Origin: Endomicrobiales bacterium
GTDB lineage: Bacteria; Elusimicrobiota; Endomicrobiia; Endomicrobiales; CAWCFT01
Length of the DNA: 64,000 nucleotides
Assembly (NCBI GenBank): GCA_963794945.1
Contig: CAWCFT010000011.1
Span: forward strand, 64,001 to 128,000
Direction: 5' to 3'
Position 1 is the first letter of the stretch; each line of letters starts with the position of its first letter. Position numbers and translations under genes: made by a program. Below are positions 30,911-42,105 of the stretch, piece by piece. The notes below the pieces were generated by a model. The model was not told where the DNA came from. It worked only from the letters and a program-made list of their open reading frames with translations, and did no database searches.

Positions 30911-31769
30911 GTATGTACCTTAAAGTTCAAAGGTTTAAAGTTTAGGGTCACCATATTCTCCATTTGGCAAAGTCGTAAATCCGTTGTTGCATGTGATATG
31001 AAAGAGGGACACAGTGTCATAGTGACAGGCCTGCCAGTTTGTCATTGAGGAAGACCTAAGTCCGCAATACATAACTAATATGGATACATTTTTGGGTGCA
31101 TTGACGCACCATCTATACTACTTGCGGCCTTGTTTTTCTTGATTTTACGGACTTCTTTTTTATTGAGATCTCATTATCAACGGATACAAGCGGAATATGT
31201 TATTACAATCGTCGTTTACTGCAAAACCTATTCTTGCATACTCGCCGGCAAGTTTGCGCGCCTGCGTGGCTAATGAATGCCCTTTGTTTTGCAATACCTT
31301 AATGTAGGGTGATGTCATTTTTAGTTTAAACCCTTTGCGGGCGCATTTTCTTTCAAGCCTGTCAATATTTTATCAAAATACGGCTTATACCAGCTGTTCT
31401 TTGCCGACACTTCCGACAACTCCACAACACTTTCAATTTCCAAGCCTTTCAGATCATCATCAACTTCACTCATGGCTGTTAATCCATTTTAAACTGTATT
31501 TCCAGGCGCGTTTCAACTTAATTTTAATGTGCAGAGTTTACATATTTCCGGCTGCAATATTGGCACATTATATTGTGAGTTTTAGGGTGCAAATCATAGT
31601 TCATCATTAGTTGCATTTTCTGGAGTGTTTCAGGGTGCAGAGTTTGCACATTTCCACATGCGTTATTGGATGCGTTGTTGTTGCATTTCTTAGTGCATTA
31701 TTGACTGTATATTCATTCTGGTTAGTGTGTTTTGGAGTAGAGTATAGAGGTTGGCCAACTTGAACTCCC

Positions 31770-32606
31770 CTATTTTCCGTAACGAACGTAATCTATGTAA
31801 AATATGCCTGGTGCTGCGATTGTTGTATCGAATGCCATACTTATGCTATTTAATGACAAACCAGCGAAATCTGTTAACGGTATTTTAATTTCTTTCCAAG
31901 TATTATTAAGATTATAATAGGCACTGGCATTTACATCATAGCTATTACCTGTCCCATCTTGAATTTCAATCTTTATATCAATTGAGGATTTTATCCACAA
32001 ATCTAAATATCCGCCTGTAAATGCCGAAAGATTTATTGGTGTATTGGTAGTATATGTAATACCCCATCCGGCATATGCGCCAGTACATACAGTTTGAAAT
32101 GACTTAGAACCTTCTGGGGCAGTAGAATCTGCATAATTCCCGTTAAAAATTCCCGTTCCCCAAGTATATAAAGCTACCGAATCCGTGGCAATTCCCGCAT
32201 CACTATATATTATCTTTTGCGTAGCATAAGTATTACTTACACTACCATTTGTTGACATACTTGATATCGATACCATGGCTGTGCCGATAATTCCAGAATA
32301 TGTCGCATGAATCTGACCTCTGCCAACATTGGTCGAGCTGGCAGTAAATGTAGTAATTTTCCCGTTCGGGGGATTGAAACTTCCAAGATTTGAATCTACT
32401 GTCCAAGCCGGGGAAATGCTGACATTGGACGAGGCAGCGCTTTTGCAAATGGCAGTAAGAGTTTTTGTCGTGCCTGTACTTAAGGACACAGTGGAAGGGT
32501 CAACGGCTATGACAAGTGTATCGGCAGTCAGTTTGTCTTTTTTGGGCGTGCACGAAACCAACATCAAAACCGGGACGCACAGGCATATTGATTGGATATA
32601 TTTCAT
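31770..32606 (-). CDS. Lipoprotein with Ig-like domain and C-terminal CBM-like domain
   Basis: Lipobox LVSC; IIYSDAG, YAGWGI, NLSAF, WKEIKIPLTDF, FYIDYVR. Confidence 0.75.
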   Translation of the reverse strand: MKYIQSICLCVPVLMLVSCTPKKDKLTADTLVIAVDPSTVSLSTGTTKTLTAICKSAASSNVSISPAWTVDSNLGSFNPPNGKITTFTASSTNVGRGQIHATYSGIIGTAMVSISSMSTNGSVSNTYATQKIIYSDAGIATDSVALYTWGTGIFNGNYADSTAPEGSKSFQTVCTGAYAGWGITYTTNTPINLSAFTGGYLDLWIKSSIDIKIEIQDGTGNSYDVNASAYYNLNNTWKEIKIPLTDFAGLSLNSISMAFDTTIAAPGIFYIDYVRYGK

Positions 32607-32630
32607 GAATCTGCTCCGAATACCAGCAAC

Positions 32631-33131
32631 TTAAAACTTTTGCGAAAAATACAGGCCGGCCTTATTTTTGTTACAGGCAACGCTGAAAATTGATGTGCTT
32701 TGGGCACTAGGCACTGTATCTTTTCCGTTTATGTACGCGTCTATTATGCCGTAAATCCAGACCCCTGCGCAGACAAAAGAAACAATCATTGCTTGATTTT
32801 GTTGATTTTGATAATCGGAATATATCGGCCCGTTCTTTAAGCCGGCGTTCTCGTAATCGTTGTAGGTATTGTTAGCTTTTGTATACAAAAGAGATGAACC
32901 AGCCAGCGTTACAAGGGCCGCGCACCCTATAATGTAACCTTTAGTTTTCTGTTCATTAAAACACTGCCCCCAACCCGGTATAATAAGCGACCTGACCGCC
33001 GAATGCACCGGCGTTTTGGCGCTTATGTCGTATTTAGCCGGTTTTGCGTAACAATATCCGGACAGGAGAACGATGGCGCAAAATGACGCTATAGCCTTTT
33101 TGATCATATTGCCTTTATATTTCCATATCAT
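32631..33131 (-). CDS. DUF5683-like membrane protein
   Basis: SAVRSLIIPGWGQCFN and WIYGIIDAY motifs. Confidence 0.7.
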   Translation of the reverse strand: MIWKYKGNMIKKAIASFCAIVLLSGYCYAKPAKYDISAKTPVHSAVRSLIIPGWGQCFNEQKTKGYIIGCAALVTLAGSSLLYTKANNTYNDYENAGLKNGPIYSDYQNQQNQAMIVSFVCAGVWIYGIIDAYINGKDTVPSAQSTSIFSVACNKNKAGLYFSQKF

Positions 33132-33148
33132 TGAAATCTATTTCATTT

Positions 33149-33865
33149 TTATCTTGTAAGCTCTATATCGTCCAAAAATACCGTGCCGCCATTACCTACA
33201 GAAGTATTCGGCGTATCAGGGTTGCCGTCTTCATCGTATAAAAGAATGAATTTTACGAAATCCGTAGCACCCGCAAGATTGTTCACTGTAGGGTCTATTG
33301 TAAGGCTGTATTGAGTCCAAGTGGAAGAAGGTACACCCATCCAGACGCCCGTGGCGCCTGATTTAAGTTCATAAACATTAGTAGCTGTACTGGGGAAGTT
33401 TGCTTCTACCCGCAGATAGACATTCGCATTTAGCGAGCCGCGTGCCCAGAAAGTGATTTTTGTGTAGCCGCCAAGCGCTAGGTTCCTGGTTCGGGTAGAA
33501 TATGCCCCTAGAGTTTGCGCGCAGATAAGGCTGAAACCGGAGAAACCGCTCTGTGTATAGTTCACGGGTTGCGAAGGCGGGCTCGCGTATGTAAGAACCG
33601 GCGAACCATTCCATGAATACCTTATACATTTCTTACCGGAACGCGGGTTATCGGTGCAGTTAAAATCTATGGTCGCGCCCTCGTTAAAAGTCATTACAGC
33701 GCCGTTAGTTTTTAGCTCATCGTCATATAGAACCCACGTGCCGGACCAAACTCCTGTTGAGCTGGCAGGTGAAGGATTAACAAGCCGGTTGACAGGATCT
33801 TTGTCGCAGCCTGTAATGATAAGAAACGGAAAAATTAGAATATAGAAGAGCAAAGCTTTTTTCAT
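33149..33865 (-). CDS. Lipoprotein with CBM-like (galactose-binding-like) domain
   Basis: Lipobox ITGC; PRSGKKCIR, KITFWARG, WTQYSL, VFLDDI. Confidence 0.72.
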   Translation of the reverse strand: MKKALLFYILIFPFLIITGCDKDPVNRLVNPSPASSTGVWSGTWVLYDDELKTNGAVMTFNEGATIDFNCTDNPRSGKKCIRYSWNGSPVLTYASPPSQPVNYTQSGFSGFSLICAQTLGAYSTRTRNLALGGYTKITFWARGSLNANVYLRVEANFPSTATNVYELKSGATGVWMGVPSSTWTQYSLTIDPTVNNLAGATDFVKFILLYDEDGNPDTPNTSVGNGGTVFLDDIELTR

Positions 33866-34027
33866 ATTATTCTTTTGCGCGTTGGCTGACAGATTGAAAC
33901 CAGAAAGCAGAAAACATCATAAGCAACAACCCACTAAAACATATACTTATGTTATCAGAATATAATTATCTGATGACCGGCAGGAAAGGATTTTTTCCTC
34001 TCCTACCGGCCGGTTAGATAAAATATC

Positions 34028-34729
34028 TTATTCGTACACTATGTCATCTAAGAAGAATATCATTCCGTTAGGGTTGTCATCTTTTGACGCCGACCAGCAG
34101 AACCCGCCAATCACACTGGTGAGGTCTTTCCCTTTGAGGTCAATTGTAAATTTCTGCCACTCGTTTGTAAGTTCAATAGGTCCGATAGCCGAGGTATCTG
34201 AATCAGGATATTCGCCGGTAATGCCGCCCATCTTGAATTCAGTTATTTTCTCGCCGCCCTTGTCTCCTCTCGCCCAGAATGTAAGCTTGGTTGCGCCGGT
34301 AAGGTTGAAAGCGCCTTTCTTATCGCCCCAGTTGCTCATAGGCTGCTGCCAGTACATTCCCGCCCAACCAGCGTTCTGTGTAGCCTTCGCGCTGTAAGCT
34401 ATCTTTATGCAGGTCTTGCCGCTATGCGGGTCCACAGCCCAGGCATTGTTGACCCTGAGGTCGGCATAATCGCCCATCCAGCCTGACGGAAAGAAATGGT
34501 TCTGCTTGCTCTGATCATCTAAATAAACGTAAAAATGCTGAAAAAGGCTTGCGGCAGGGGTCACTACTGCAGGGGTCACTGCTGGGGTCACTTTCTTAGG
34601 CTGTACCACGGTTGTCGAATCATCCTGATCATCAGAATCATTGCTCGAGACCTTAGGCGCCGCTAACAACGCACCAGTAAAATACACCGCAACAACTGCT
34701 ACAGCAACTGCACTTAACACTTTCTTCAT
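34028..34729 (-). CDS. Secreted CBM-like protein (SGWMGD-type domain) with VTPA-repeat linker
   Basis: HFFPSGWMGD, PHSGKTCIKI, WAGMYWQ, KLTFWARG, WQKFTIDL, FFLDDI. Confidence 0.75.
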   Translation of the reverse strand: MKKVLSAVAVAVVAVYFTGALLAAPKVSSNDSDDQDDSTTVVQPKKVTPAVTPAVVTPAASLFQHFYVYLDDQSKQNHFFPSGWMGDYADLRVNNAWAVDPHSGKTCIKIAYSAKATQNAGWAGMYWQQPMSNWGDKKGAFNLTGATKLTFWARGDKGGEKITEFKMGGITGEYPDSDTSAIGPIELTNEWQKFTIDLKGKDLTSVIGGFCWSASKDDNPNGMIFFLDDIVYE

Positions 34730-34802
34730 TGCATTATTCTCCTTTTTATTTTTTACCCCGGTATGTAACGGAGTAGTTTTTCAATATTTATTCCTCAAAG
34801 GC

Positions 34803-37505
34803 TCACTGCTTTAGTATTATCACCTCCACCCTGCGGTTCGCCTCGCGGCCTTGTGCAGTAGAATTTGTTGCAACTGGTTTTGACTTCCCTAACCCTGACA
34901 CTTTGATGCGGTTAGCGGCTACACCAACGCTGATGAGATAATCCGCAACGCTTTTTGCTCGTAGTTCGGAAAGCGTCTGGTTAAGCGCTGCGTTTCCCTG
35001 CCCGTCCGTATGGCCTTCAACCAATATCATGTTATCTTTATAAGTATTTAATATTTTAACCACTTCGTCAAGCGATTTCCCAGCCTCTTGTTTCAGCGTG
35101 CTCTCTCCAGGGTCAAAAAGGACTTTCGATGTCATGGAAATCTGAAGCCCTCTTTCAGTCTCAGTTACATTAACTTCTTTGGCTGTTTCTGTAACTATAG
35201 GATTTACCTTCAAAGATATTTCTACGGGGTCAGTATTAGCGGTATTGCCGCATTCGTCCCTGGCCAATAGCTTCACAGAGTAGCTGCCTGCAGGAACCAA
35301 TGATCTAAAGTCATCTTTCCCATCCCATTTGAGCATATATGGAGGCCGGCCGTCACCGGAAAATGTCCGTATTATCTTCCCTTCTGAGTTAGTGACCTCT
35401 ATTTCCCAGGAATCAATACCGGAAAGCCCAGTTGCCCACGCCCTCATTTCAAGCGTCTGGCCTTCCATTGGCAAAAACGCAGTTACAGGAATGCCAAGTG
35501 AAACCTGCGGAGGAGTTGAATCGGCTGCCTCTTGAACCGGTGCCTTATCATGAACTGGTTTTTTTGTTACTGACTTGTGAACTGGATGCGCAAACGTAAT
35601 TATCGCTCCGAACGAAACACTGAAGAACAAACGCACCTCGTCAAAACTTCCGAGTTCCGGAGAACTGTTATCCTGCTGGCCCACGCCTTTGACATATTCC
35701 ATGCCTGCGTTAATTGAATTTCCGAAGTTCCTTGAAACATGCAGCTGATAAAGCCTGTCGTAAGTTTCCCCAAAGCTCCTCTGCCACGATTCAGGACCCC
35801 AATCATCCTGACTGTAACGCAGTTTTACTAGATATGGTTTGTGTTCTATAGATATACCCGAAACAAAATATGCTGTAATGGGCTTGCCCTGCCCCGTGGC
35901 GCTTGTATAGGCGGAACCGTTAAGTGCCAGGGAGTCTCCTCCACCTAGGTTAAAAATTATAACAGAGCGTTTTGTTTTGAACCGGGCAAGCATTGTAAAA
36001 TCTCCGATGTATCCATCCGTAGCCCATGGTTCAGTGAGCAGTGGACCGTCCCAGACAAGATTACCGTTCTCGTCCCAGTAGTAGAGCCTGTCCGTCCCGG
36101 TGAAATATCTTGAAAGCGTGTATTTAGCTGCTAAAGAAAGCGGCGCTCTCTCTCCCGGATTCATATTCCATTCTTCCAGTTTATTTGGCTCATGAAAGTA
36201 GAACGGCGTATCGGGAGTTGGGTTATAGGTTACAATGAATGATATGAGGCTGGCTTCCCTGTTGTCCCAGTTTACCCAGAAAGGGCTGCTCATATCGCGC
36301 GGCTCAAGAAGAGCCGGGCCAGGGTTTGCCAGTGTTCCCTCCAGCGCAAGAGGCACAGGCCCTACAAGCGGCTTTCTGTAAGTGTAATCAATGCATCCTG
36401 TTATGGACTTTGTGATCTTTTCAGTGATCTGCGCGTTTATCTCATTCTTATCGCCAGCCACCAGGCCAAGGTATGTGTATTGTAATAATACGTCATCAGC
36501 CACCGGCAGCTTTTTTAATGTAAGCTTCGCGCTATATCCCAGCGCATCTGACTGGCCGGTCACACCTGTTTCTTTTTCATAGCTTGTCCCGAGATAACCG
36601 GAACCCGGCGAAACATAGTTCACATAAGTATATTCCTGGTTTAACCTGAAAGGCTGATACATTACTGCAAGCCTAAGAGAGTCCTTTGAGAAATCGATCT
36701 TTGTGCTGAGTTCCGTGGTGGACATCCTTTCGTCCGGGTCGCCGTAGGGAATTATATCGTTGCGGTACATGAGGTTGGATGTTAATCCAAGAAGATAGAA
36801 TTCATAATTAGCGTAAAACCCGTCCGTGTAGCCCCAAACTACCTCCGGTCCGTAAATGAGTTGCAGCCTGCCGGCTTTACCCTGAAGGTCCAGTTCGTAG
36901 CCCTCGGGGATTGATTTCCCTGAGATCCTAAGATAGTCATTAGTATCGTATTGTACTGGCAACAGGTCGAAGAGGTCTCCCTCAAACCTCCATCCGTCAA
37001 GCCCGATATTCCGGAAATAGCGAAGGCTCATCCAGTCGCCGGTATATGTTATTTCTCCGCGGTTAAAGTTAAAATTCTGTCCGTTGATGTCCATGCGGTG
37101 TTCGAGGTTCACTGGCATCCAATACTTGTCCGCGTAAGCGCCGATAAATTCGAATTCTAGTTCACCTTTCAGGTTTTCAGTAGGATGGAAGCCGACATTA
37201 AGGAACATTGTCTCGCCAAAGACCGTGCCGCCCTTGTCCGCCGATGGAGTTGAAGCGCTGTATGTGTAATTATTATTTATATCGCTGGCGGTCTTACTGA
37301 CTGTCCAGTTATCTCCGAGCTTATGATAATAGCCGTCAAACTGAAGTTTGCCGTCAAGGCTTAACGATCCAGTATCAAGCAAATCTGGAATCTCACCCGC
37401 CGTGCCCTTCAAGGTGTAGGACGCGGCTATGGCAAACGAAAATAAAACCAGAATAAACGATTTGCGCATTTCGGCTATTTTATCTTTTCCTTCGAATCCA
37501 GTCAA
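34803..37505 (-). CDS. Large outer membrane protein: putative beta-barrel + FlgD-like Ig + OmpA peptidoglycan-binding domain
   Basis: Signal peptide; amphipathic strands; WDGKDD...VPAGSY; VEGHTD, NQTLSELRA, NRRVEV. Confidence 0.78.
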   Translation of the reverse strand: MTGFEGKDKIAEMRKSFILVLFSFAIAASYTLKGTAGEIPDLLDTGSLSLDGKLQFDGYYHKLGDNWTVSKTASDINNNYTYSASTPSADKGGTVFGETMFLNVGFHPTENLKGELEFEFIGAYADKYWMPVNLEHRMDINGQNFNFNRGEITYTGDWMSLRYFRNIGLDGWRFEGDLFDLLPVQYDTNDYLRISGKSIPEGYELDLQGKAGRLQLIYGPEVVWGYTDGFYANYEFYLLGLTSNLMYRNDIIPYGDPDERMSTTELSTKIDFSKDSLRLAVMYQPFRLNQEYTYVNYVSPGSGYLGTSYEKETGVTGQSDALGYSAKLTLKKLPVADDVLLQYTYLGLVAGDKNEINAQITEKITKSITGCIDYTYRKPLVGPVPLALEGTLANPGPALLEPRDMSSPFWVNWDNREASLISFIVTYNPTPDTPFYFHEPNKLEEWNMNPGERAPLSLAAKYTLSRYFTGTDRLYYWDENGNLVWDGPLLTEPWATDGYIGDFTMLARFKTKRSVIIFNLGGGDSLALNGSAYTSATGQGKPITAYFVSGISIEHKPYLVKLRYSQDDWGPESWQRSFGETYDRLYQLHVSRNFGNSINAGMEYVKGVGQQDNSSPELGSFDEVRLFFSVSFGAIITFAHPVHKSVTKKPVHDKAPVQEAADSTPPQVSLGIPVTAFLPMEGQTLEMRAWATGLSGIDSWEIEVTNSEGKIIRTFSGDGRPPYMLKWDGKDDFRSLVPAGSYSVKLLARDECGNTANTDPVEISLKVNPIVTETAKEVNVTETERGLQISMTSKVLFDPGESTLKQEAGKSLDEVVKILNTYKDNMILVEGHTDGQGNAALNQTLSELRAKSVADYLISVGVAANRIKVSGLGKSKPVATNSTAQGREANRRVEVIILKQ

Positions 37506-37790
37506 GTGGGTAAAGCTCTATCTGCACAATAAAATATAATATCACGTTCTAAAAACACATATTAATTTTTCAGCAACTTACTTTCTAATTGAAATAGGTG
37601 ATGACCGGGATTAACTATACCTGAAGAGAATGTTTAAGTTTATTGTTAACAGCCTTTTTAATGAAAGAGCAAAGATTAAACGTCAAAATCACCCTTGGTC
37701 CGTTTGAAATTCTAACCATTTGACTACAGGATTTACAACTACAATAATAACTATAACAATATTATTGTCATTACTTTCCTGCCAGTCAAA

Positions 37791-38237
37791 TTAGAAGGTC
37801 GGCGGCTGGTTCATCAGCAGCCAGTAAAGGCCTATGTCAACGATAGACTGCATGAATTTTCCGTAGTCTACCGGTTTTACTATATAACTATTTACACCAA
37901 GCCTGTAGCCTTCGATCACATCTTTCTCTTCTTTGGAAGAGGTAAGTATAACGACCGGTATCGCTTTTGTACGTTCATCATATTTTATCCTTCTTAAAAC
38001 CTCCAAGCCGTCAACTTTTGGAAGTTTAAGGTCCAGAATAATTACCTTAGGCTTATCCTTTATATCTCTTCCGGTGAACGGCCCTGTTACAAATATGTAT
38101 TCCAGTGCTTTTTCGCCATCATTGACAACATACACCTTGTTGGCAAGGTTATGTTTCTTGAAGGATCTAATGATAAGTTCTACATCATTCGGATTGTCCT
38201 CAACGAGAAGTATTTCTACTACGTTTTTTTCTTGCAT
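37791..38237 (-). CDS. Single-domain response regulator (Rcp1-like)
   Basis: ILLVEDNPND, IILDLKLPKVDG, IPVVILTSS, NSYIVKP. Confidence 0.9.
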   Translation of the reverse strand: MQEKNVVEILLVEDNPNDVELIIRSFKKHNLANKVYVVNDGEKALEYIFVTGPFTGRDIKDKPKVIILDLKLPKVDGLEVLRRIKYDERTKAIPVVILTSSKEEKDVIEGYRLGVNSYIVKPVDYGKFMQSIVDIGLYWLLMNQPPTF

Positions 38238-38285
38238 GAAAATGCCTCCAAACTCAAGGTTAAAAGATTTTGGCTTAGAATTCAA

Positions 38286-41191
38286 TTAAATGGGCAACGT
38301 AAAATAGAATGTTGCGCCTTCGCCGGGCCTGCTTTCTGCCCATACACTGCCGCCGTGTTTACTTATCACTTTTTCTATTACAGCAAGCCCTATACCTGTA
38401 CCATCATATTCCTTCTCGCTATGAAGCCTCTGGAATATGCCGAACAATTTATCAGCATACTTCATATCAAACCCTATGCCGTTATCCTTAACATAGAAAA
38501 GTATTTCTTTTCCCAACTGCTTGCCGCCGATCTCAATTATGGCAGTTTCAGCCGCCTTTGTAAACTTGATCGCGTTTGATAAAAAGTTCGCAAATACCTG
38601 CCGTATTACAGTTATGTCCCCTCTTGCATTTGGAAGGTCTTTGACAATAAAATTAATTCTTCTTGCTGGGTTTGCAGTTTTGGCCTCATCGATAAGAGAC
38701 CCGACAATGTTTGATGTATTAATATCCGAAACATTCAGCTCAAGCCTGTTTACCTTTGCAAAAGCCAGGAAGTCATCTATCAACTTGCCCATTTTATGAG
38801 TGTTGTCCATAATAACACTGAACAACCGTTTTGCCTCTTCATCGAAAAGTTTTGAATAGTCTTCCAGTAATATTTTCGAAAAACCGTCTATGGCCCTCAA
38901 AGGCGCCCTAAGATCATGCGACACCGAGTATGAGAAAGATTCCAGGTACTTATTGGCTTCTTCAAGCTGCGCGGTGCGTTCCTTCACGCGGTTCTCAAGC
39001 TCTTCGTTGAACTTACGGATCCTCTCCTCAACTTTTCTCCTTTCAGTAATATCTTCCCCTGATGACAACGTCCCTATTATGGCTCCTTTTTCATTTTTCA
39101 GCACGGCATTATGGAAAGCAATAGTTCTATGCTCACCCGTCTTGGTAATTATTTCATTTTCAGAATTCTCAACTGGCGCAGTGTTGCCTTCCATAATACC
39201 GTGGAAGGCTTTTAATATCTTTGCGCCGACTTCATCCGGAACGCAAACATCAAACCAGTTCTTGCCTAAAAGTTCGTTTTCAGCATAACCTAAAATATCG
39301 TAACCTTTTTTTTCAACTGCAAAACCCGCGCTTCCCTGTCTAAAACGAGCAATATGACGCCAGCAATATCAAAATACTGCTTTACCTGGTCGCGCTCAAC
39401 GACAAGTTCTTCCTGCGCTTTTTTCCAATCCGTTATTTCAACTACGATCGCGCCAACGAAATTGCGCCTTTTATCCCTTCCCGAAACGGGAAAATATGAC
39501 ACAATCCAGTTCCGTTTCTGCCCGGGATGGCTGGGAGTTTCTCCAGATATTTCAATGTTCAAATATGCCTTTCCGTTCTCAATAATGTCTTTGCACATGG
39601 GCATAAGCTGCGGCGCGAGATCTGGCAAAATGTCGGAAATTGTATTCCCGATATGTTTTTCAATTGAACACCCGTTCATGTCCGCCATTTTTTTATTTAT
39701 TTTAACCCACCGATACTGGTCGTCAACAATGCATAGGCCGGCTGGCGATTCGGTAAAAAATGATTCCATCCGCTGCTCGAGATTTTTTCTTTCGGTTATA
39801 TCGCGCGCTATACCGTGGATATAGGCCTTGCCTTCAATATCCATGAGCCTCATGCTCACCTCGACGGGGAACTCTGTCCCGTCTTTGCGTATATTTACAG
39901 TCTCATAGACTAGGCCGCCTTTAGTATTCACTGTTCCCAACATTACGCCAAGCTGTTGCCGCTGCTCCGGAGCCCTTATGTCTTTGATAGACATCTTAAG
40001 TAGTTCTGCTCTGGTGTATCCGAACGTATTTACAGCTTTGTTGTTCACTTCAACGATCCTTCCGTCACTTTCCGCAAGGATAATGATATCGTTCGCGTAT
40101 TCGGTTATATACTTGAAATGCTTTTCAAGGGCCTTCCTCTCAAGTTCCATCTGGTACTTCAACCGGTAATAATATGAATCTTTTCGATACCAGTAAAAAG
40201 CGGTCATAGAACCTGCAAAAAGTATAAAAATTACAGTTGTCAGCGCCGCGAGCCATTCGGTAAATATTAGCGGGGAACGTATCTCTTTCATGTCTATTTT
40301 CGAGACAAGGAACCATGGCGAATCGGGTATCTTTTTAAGCACAGCGAGTACATTCTCCCCTCTGTAATCCTTACCAAATACAGGTTTTTCTACTCCCCGC
40401 GCGGCCATAGCCGCCGGCAGATTAGGCGAATTGATAGGGAATTTCAGGTTTAAGGCCGTTTTTTTCATGAACCGAAGTTCGTTAAGATAAACAATATTAT
40501 CGCCCTGTTGGTCAATCAACAGCGTTTCGCCTGTTTTACTTTCGTTCGGCCAGTTTGTAATGAGTGGGTAGAGGAATTCGTTAGGGTTAATGCGCAGAAA
40601 AATGACGCCAACCTGTGTTTCTTTTTCAGTAGTCCTTACGTTCATGGGAATGAACATGCCCATGTGTATATCAGGGTCCACTTCCCCCTTTGCCAGGTCT
40701 GAAAATATTATTTTGTTTTCATGTCGGGCTTCATCAATAAATCTTTTTGCGGAACGGCCGTAAGCGTTGGCATATTTTCCGCTGGAACACACTATCTTGC
40801 CGTTGGTATCTACAGCCAGTATGCTTTCAAGCCTGTACACATCCCTTATAGTTTCCAGAGTTAGCTGATATTCTCTAAACAATTTCTTGTCGTCAGGATT
40901 TTGTACGCAGTCCCTTAGGTATTTTGACAATAAAGGTATGCTGAAAATTGCCCGCGCGTTGGACATCCTCTCAAGCCGCCAGTTGACTATTTGCGTGACC
41001 TTCAGGTCGGCTATAGCAGAAAGCTCGTCTTGCTTTTGTTGGATCGCGCGCTTTTCTTCATGATAGAAATGAATAAAACCAAGGATTATCATTCCTATTG
41101 TCAGCGCTGAAAATATTAATATAATATGATAAGGTACCGGCGAGCGTGTTGTAGGTGAAGACGTGGGAGTAACTTTTGCTTCTTGTATCAC
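38286..41191 (-). CDS. Membrane sensor histidine kinase (Cache-like, 3x PAS, HisKA, HATPase); frameshift near 39310
   Basis: RDITERK PAC motifs; FSYSVSHDLRAPLR, NAIKF, DNGIGF, GTGIGL. Confidence 0.88.
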
Positions 41192-41377
41192 TTTGCCTCC
41201 CTAAATCCTAAATACACCAGTGTGTAGTTGCTGGGAGTAAACTGTATTCCTAAGATTGCATAAGTATAGCAAACTTTTTGTGTAATTTGAATATTTCACG
41301 AATATATTATAATATTATTTAATCCTTACGAGGCCACTCTTTTTCCGCAAAAGAATTGTTAGAAAAATGGATATAGC

Positions 41378-41406
41378 TTGACATTCATGCTATACAATTG
41401 TATAAT
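41378..41406 (+). promoter_or_regulatory. Consensus sigma70 promoter with palindromic operator
   Basis: TTGACA-17 bp-TATAAT; TATACAATTGTATA palindrome at 41391-41404 upstream of a TetR gene. Confidence 0.8.
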
Positions 41407-41448
41407 TATACCATAAAGTAATAATACAACATTCAAAGGAGCAGGCAC

Positions 41449-42105
41449 ATGACCAGGCCATCCCGCAACACAGATAAACTGCTGATACAGGCCGCAAAAG
41501 AACTGATCCCTAAAACCGGAATTTCAGGCCTTACTATCCGCGATGTCTCCAAAAAGGCCGGGGTCAACCTCGGAATGTTCAATTACCACTTCAAAACCAA
41601 GGATGCTTTTATTGATAAACTCCTTGTTGAAACTTATGAAGATTTCTTTACAAACTTTAAAATAGAGTCGGCCACTGGCGGTACCCCTAAAGAACGCCTC
41701 AAAAATGCCGTAATGACTATAGCTTTTTTTGTCCGCGACAACCGGCAGATATTCATTATGGTGGCAAAAGAAATAGCCCTCGGTAACAAAGTTATCATCG
41801 ATTTCATCAAAAAGCATATGACGAGGCATATTGAAATACTTGTAAAGCTTACTCACGAATGCCAGAAAGAGGGCTACATTATTAACCTGCCGTTACTGCA
41901 GGTTCTCCCATTTATAATGGGTTCGGTCATGGCAACAAACCTTCTTGTAACCGCTATTGAAAGGTTCTCCCCGGTAAGCTCCAGCGGCATAATGCGCGAA
42001 CTGTTTGCCATGGCGGCCGATAAAACGCTCTTAGCCGACAAAGCCATAGTGCAGCGTGTGGATATGGCGCTTAATGCGCTAACGCCGCGTAAGGAGCCGA
42101 TATGA
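41449..42105 (+). CDS. TetR/AcrR family regulator
   Basis: LTIRDVSKKAGVNLGMFNYHFKTKD. Confidence 0.9.
   Translation: MTRPSRNTDKLLIQAAKELIPKTGISGLTIRDVSKKAGVNLGMFNYHFKTKDAFIDKLLVETYEDFFTNFKIESATGGTPKERLKNAVMTIAFFVRDNRQIFIMVAKEIALGNKVIIDFIKKHMTRHIEILVKLTHECQKEGYIINLPLLQVLPFIMGSVMATNLLVTAIERFSPVSSSGIMRELFAMAADKTLLADKAIVQRVDMALNALTPRKEPI

Noticed and set aside
31500..31700. Possible CRISPR array from the repeated GTGCAGAGTTT motif
   Set aside because: Only two imperfect copies, spacing too long, and no cas genes in the window.
34803..37505. Calling the OM barrel a classical fimbrial usher
   Set aside because: No recognisable usher N-terminal/plug/C-terminal architecture, it has an OmpA domain, and it lies ~9 kb from the pilin operon.
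18150..41200. Prophage or integrative element at tRNA-Asp
   Set aside because: No integrase, phage genes or distal att repeat found in the window.
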